The notes under the pieces were generated by a model that saw nothing but the letters and a program-made list of their open reading frames with translations, made no database searches and was not told where the DNA came from. A stretch of DNA of 64,000 nucleotides, taken from the NCBI GenBank assembly GCA_015055815.1, contig SVHM01000002.1, forward strand, positions 7,520 through 71,519, given 5' to 3'. This stretch comes from Clostridiales bacterium (lineage in GTDB: Bacteria > Bacillota > Clostridia > Christensenellales > UBA1242). The position numbers and the translations under genes were made by a program. This document shows positions 61,629 through 64,000 of this stretch, piece by piece; within the stretch, counting starts at the first letter, position 1, and every line of letters starts with the position of its first letter.

Positions 61629-62753
61629 TTATTCTTCAGTTGTGATTTTTGATACAGTTTTATTTTTATATACAATTTTATCTACCAAAACAACTATCAA
61701 GTAATTTATTAAATACATAAATAGTTCAAATACCCTATATATTACCATTACATAGAAAAGGTATCCATTAACTACAATATTTTTAAATAATGTTATAAAT
61801 AACAACTCATAAGCAATAATTCCGCCCGGTAATGGCAAGCATGACAATATCGCTTCCAACATAAAGCATTTTATTAAAATTTCACCCATTACTGAAGCAT
61901 CGGACAACAATAAACTATTCATAGACAAATAAATTATTAATACCCTAAATAGCCATATTATCATATTTGCAACCGTTTCCGATATAGAAATTATTTTTCC
62001 ATTGTTAATAGAATTAGTATAAATTAGTAGTTTGTCTGACAAATTATTAAATGTTTTTTCGTAATCTTTAATTATCTTGATATTAAATAAAAATTTTGTC
62101 GTTTTACCTACAATTGAAATTCCTAAAGCCTTATTTTTTCTTGTAATAATTACTAGTAGTATCATAGCAAATTGCCATAAAACAATTAACAAAACCAACA
62201 TATAAAGCCAAATATTAATTACATCCATCATAAATAGCGACCAGATTAAACATGTTAATCCCACTAAAACAAATGCAACTTTTGAATAAAATTTCTTACT
62301 ATAAACTACATCACACGCCAAATTTTCTTTTGTTTTTCTTTCAACAAGTTTTCCCCAAAGTGAAACATCTCCAACTCTACCATATAGACTTAATCTACTT
62401 AAATATTCAGAAATAGAAACTGAACTATAAACCGCATAGAAATTTTTTCTTTTACTTTTTACATATATTTTTAGATATGACATTAATGACTTTAGTAGAA
62501 TTACTACAACAAAGACAACAAACACCATTAACCATTGTCTAAAGCCATACAATTCAAAGAAATTTTCAAGGCTAGCGATTTTCATTGTATTATTTAATAA
62601 AATCCACGTAACAACCAATGAACATAATGACATGACTATTATTAACAAATAATAAATTGACGACTTACCTATTACATTTTCATTATATGAATTTTTAAGT
62701 TTCTCTATATATCTATCTTTATAAGTTTCTTTATGCTTTTTATTTTCAGTCAT
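61629..62753 (-). CDS. Multi-pass membrane protein, UPF0104 / LPG-synthase-TM (flippase-like) family candidate (374 aa)
   Basis: The product has about 8 hydrophobic segments. The C-terminal motif CLPLPGGIIAYELLF resembles the P.(T/L)PGG.G..E signature of that family. I moved the start to the ATG at 62753 (MTENKKHK...), which has the SD GGAGG. Confidence 0.6.
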   Translation of the reverse strand: MTENKKHKETYKDRYIEKLKNSYNENVIGKSSIYYLLIIVMSLCSLVVTWILLNNTMKIASLENFFELYGFRQWLMVFVVFVVVILLKSLMSYLKIYVKSKRKNFYAVYSSVSISEYLSRLSLYGRVGDVSLWGKLVERKTKENLACDVVYSKKFYSKVAFVLVGLTCLIWSLFMMDVINIWLYMLVLLIVLWQFAMILLVIITRKNKALGISIVGKTTKFLFNIKIIKDYEKTFNNLSDKLLIYTNSINNGKIISISETVANMIIWLFRVLIIYLSMNSLLLSDASVMGEILIKCFMLEAILSCLPLPGGIIAYELLFITLFKNIVVNGYLFYVMVIYRVFELFMYLINYLIVVLVDKIVYKNKTVSKITTEE

Positions 62754-62858
62754 AAAAACAACCTCCGTACTCAAATATATTACAATATTTAATTCAAAAA
62801 ACAAAATAATTTACATAAATCTTAATAAATTATCATATGAATTACTAAAGGAGATACT

Positions 62859-63137
62859 ATGGAAAAGACAGTTATTAAAGATAATTTAAACATATCTAAT
62901 GAAAAAATAAGCCTTGTTGATAGAAAAAAATTATCTCTTGAAGGAGTTTTAGAAGTAATTTCATCAAATGAAAACGGTATATTTCTTAAATTAAAAGATA
63001 CACACCTAACAATAACAGGCAAAGATATACATATAGAAAGATTAGATATTGGTAATCAAATTTTAGAATGTAATGGACACTTTGAAAGTTTTAAATACGG
63101 CAAAAGTGGTAATATTTTTAAAAGGCTATTTAAATGA
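62859..63137 (+). CDS. yabP: Sporulation protein YabP (92 aa)
   Basis: The product ISLVDRKKLSLEGVLEVISSNENGIFLKLKDTHLTITGKDIHIERLDIGNQILECNGHFESFKY follows the YabP pattern (nR..L.itGV..V.sF.e..i.l.T..G.L.ikG..LhI..L....g.l.i.G.i..l.Y). It is followed by yabQ and divIC, as in Bacillus. The SD AAGGAG is present. Confidence 0.85.
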   Translation: MEKTVIKDNLNISNEKISLVDRKKLSLEGVLEVISSNENGIFLKLKDTHLTITGKDIHIERLDIGNQILECNGHFESFKYGKSGNIFKRLFK

Positions 63138-63499
63138 AAATATCTTATATTTTTCAGTTGAAAGATTTTTTAATTTTATTATTAATTGGCTTTTTAATTG
63201 GGATATTTTATGGAATATTAAATGCACCATCCAAAATAAAAAACAATTATTTATATCAGATTTTTGCAGATATTATATTTTGCTTAATATCTACAATTGT
63301 ATTCGTTTTTTCTATAAACATAATAAATATGGGAGAATACCGTGCATTTCTCGTTTTTGCATATGTTTTAGGAATTATAATTGAAAGAACAACTTTAGGA
63401 AAATTATTTGCCAAAGGTTACAAATATATGTATAATAAAACAATAAATATGATAAAAAAGATTGCAAATAGCAAGTTTGGAAGGATAGTTTTTAAATAA
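63134..63499 (+). CDS. yabQ: Spore cortex biosynthesis protein YabQ-like membrane protein (121 aa)
   Basis: The product has three or four TM segments, and synteny is yabP-yabQ-divIC. Its ATG overlaps the yabP stop (ATGA at 63134-63137). Confidence 0.75.
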   Translation: MKISYIFQLKDFLILLLIGFLIGIFYGILNAPSKIKNNYLYQIFADIIFCLISTIVFVFSINIINMGEYRAFLVFAYVLGIIIERTTLGKLFAKGYKYMYNKTINMIKKIANSKFGRIVFK

Positions 63500-63780
63500 T
63501 GGATAAAAAAGTAAGGAATGTTAAAATAATAACAATTATTTCAATAGTGTTAATATTTATATGCACTATCATTCTTGCTATACAACTTGTAAAAATCAAC
63601 AATTTAAAGGAACAATCTAAAAACCTAGAAGTTTACAAAGAGCAATTAATTGACGATATAAATAATTACAGCGCTTCCAACAATTACTATGAAAATAATC
63701 GTGATGAATATCTAGAAAAATACGCACGTGAAGAGCTTGGTTGGGGAGAGAAAGACGAAAAATGGTATGTCAAAAAATAG
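63499..63780 (+). CDS. divIC: Septum formation initiator, DivIC/FtsB family (93 aa)
   Basis: The product has an N-terminal TM segment (IITIISIVLIFICTIILAI), a coiled-coil stretch and a C-terminal YLEKYAREELGWGEKDE motif. Its start overlaps the yabQ stop by 1 nt (TAATG). Confidence 0.8.
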   Translation: MDKKVRNVKIITIISIVLIFICTIILAIQLVKINNLKEQSKNLEVYKEQLIDDINNYSASNNYYENNRDEYLEKYAREELGWGEKDEKWYVKK

Positions 63781-63862
63781 TTATTTATAGTATTTTTTGG
63801 CATATTTTACATGATTGAGCTTAGAAATACATGGAAAAATTATAAATTTTTATGATTTTCTA

Positions 63863-63892
63863 TTGACAGTTACACAAATTAGATGTTATAAT
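63863..63892 (+). promoter_or_regulatory. Sigma-A type promoter of the tRNA gene
   Basis: TTGACA (63863-63868) is followed by an 18 nt spacer ending in TGt, then TATAAT (63887-63892). The tRNA begins about 16 nt downstream. Confidence 0.6.
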
Positions 63893-63907
63893 AAATTTGT
63901 TGTATAT

Positions 63908-63985
63908 CGCGGGGAGGAGCAGTCTGGTCGCTCGTCGGGCTCATAACCCGAAGGTCGTGTGGTTCGAATCCCACTCCCGCTACCA
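63908..63985 (+). tRNA. Initiator tRNA-Met (anticodon CAT), CCA encoded
   Basis: The sequence CGCGGGGAGGAGCAGTCTGGTCGCTCGTCGGGCTCATAACCCGAAGGTCGTGTGGTTCGAATCCCACTCCCGCTACCA is nearly colinear with bacterial tRNA-fMet. Initiator hallmarks are present: an unpaired 1:72 position (C x U), A11:U24, and three G:C pairs closing the anticodon stem (GGG/CCC). It is 78 nt, with one extra nucleotide in the 5' arm of the T stem. Confidence 0.9.
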
Positions 63986-64000
63986 CCATTAAGACACTTA

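Noticed and set aside
62822-63384. ORFs 62822..63022 (-) and 63073..63384 (+).
   Set aside because: They overlap yabP and yabQ in other frames or on the other strand. The yabP-yabQ-divIC frames are supported by family patterns, SD sequences and start/stop coupling.
1-64000. An alternative genetic code (TGA read as Trp, as in Mollicutes), considered because of the very low GC content.
   Set aside because: EF-Tu, EF-G, RpoB, RpoC and the ribosomal proteins are full length under the standard code. yabP ends on TGA at the expected length.
1-64000. CRISPR arrays, insertion sequences, integrases, prophage genes and rRNA operons.
   Set aside because: I saw no regularly spaced direct repeats, no transposase, integrase or phage-like ORFs in the track, and no rRNA-like sequence.

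Overview
This is a visibly AT-rich chromosomal segment from a low-GC Bacillota-type bacterium. It uses the standard genetic code: EF-Tu, EF-G, RpoB and RpoC all read through with TGA as a stop. Positions 1-57611 are transcribed entirely on the minus strand. In transcription order that block holds two tandem giant lipoprotein genes (5021 aa, then 8022 aa), rpoB-rpoC, three small accessory genes, the str operon (rpsL-rpsG-fusA-tuf), a Nudix hydrolase, an orphan acidic protein, and rpmG-secE-nusG (nusG runs off the left edge). The right 6 kb holds a TtcA-like PP-loop enzyme, sporulation or division-type genes (spoIIID, a SpoIIQ-like M23 peptidase, yabP-yabQ-divIC), acpP, three membrane or hypothetical proteins, and an initiator tRNA-Met. 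The standout feature is the giant gene pair, 39,135 nt or 61% of the window. Both proteins have lipoprotein signal peptides, and neither has a recognisable enzyme, toxin or cell-wall-anchor motif. Each is built from an N-terminal beta-rich region followed by 4-7 head-to-tail cassettes. A cassette has a conserved entry module, a run of GLUG-type GGxxG repeats, and a W..YP.L-type exit motif. Each gene has its own near-consensus sigma-A promoter and its own intrinsic terminator. I saw no rRNA, CRISPR array, transposase, integrase or phage genes. All coordinates inside the giant genes were anchored by hand on reverse-complemented codons and are approximate to within tens of nt.
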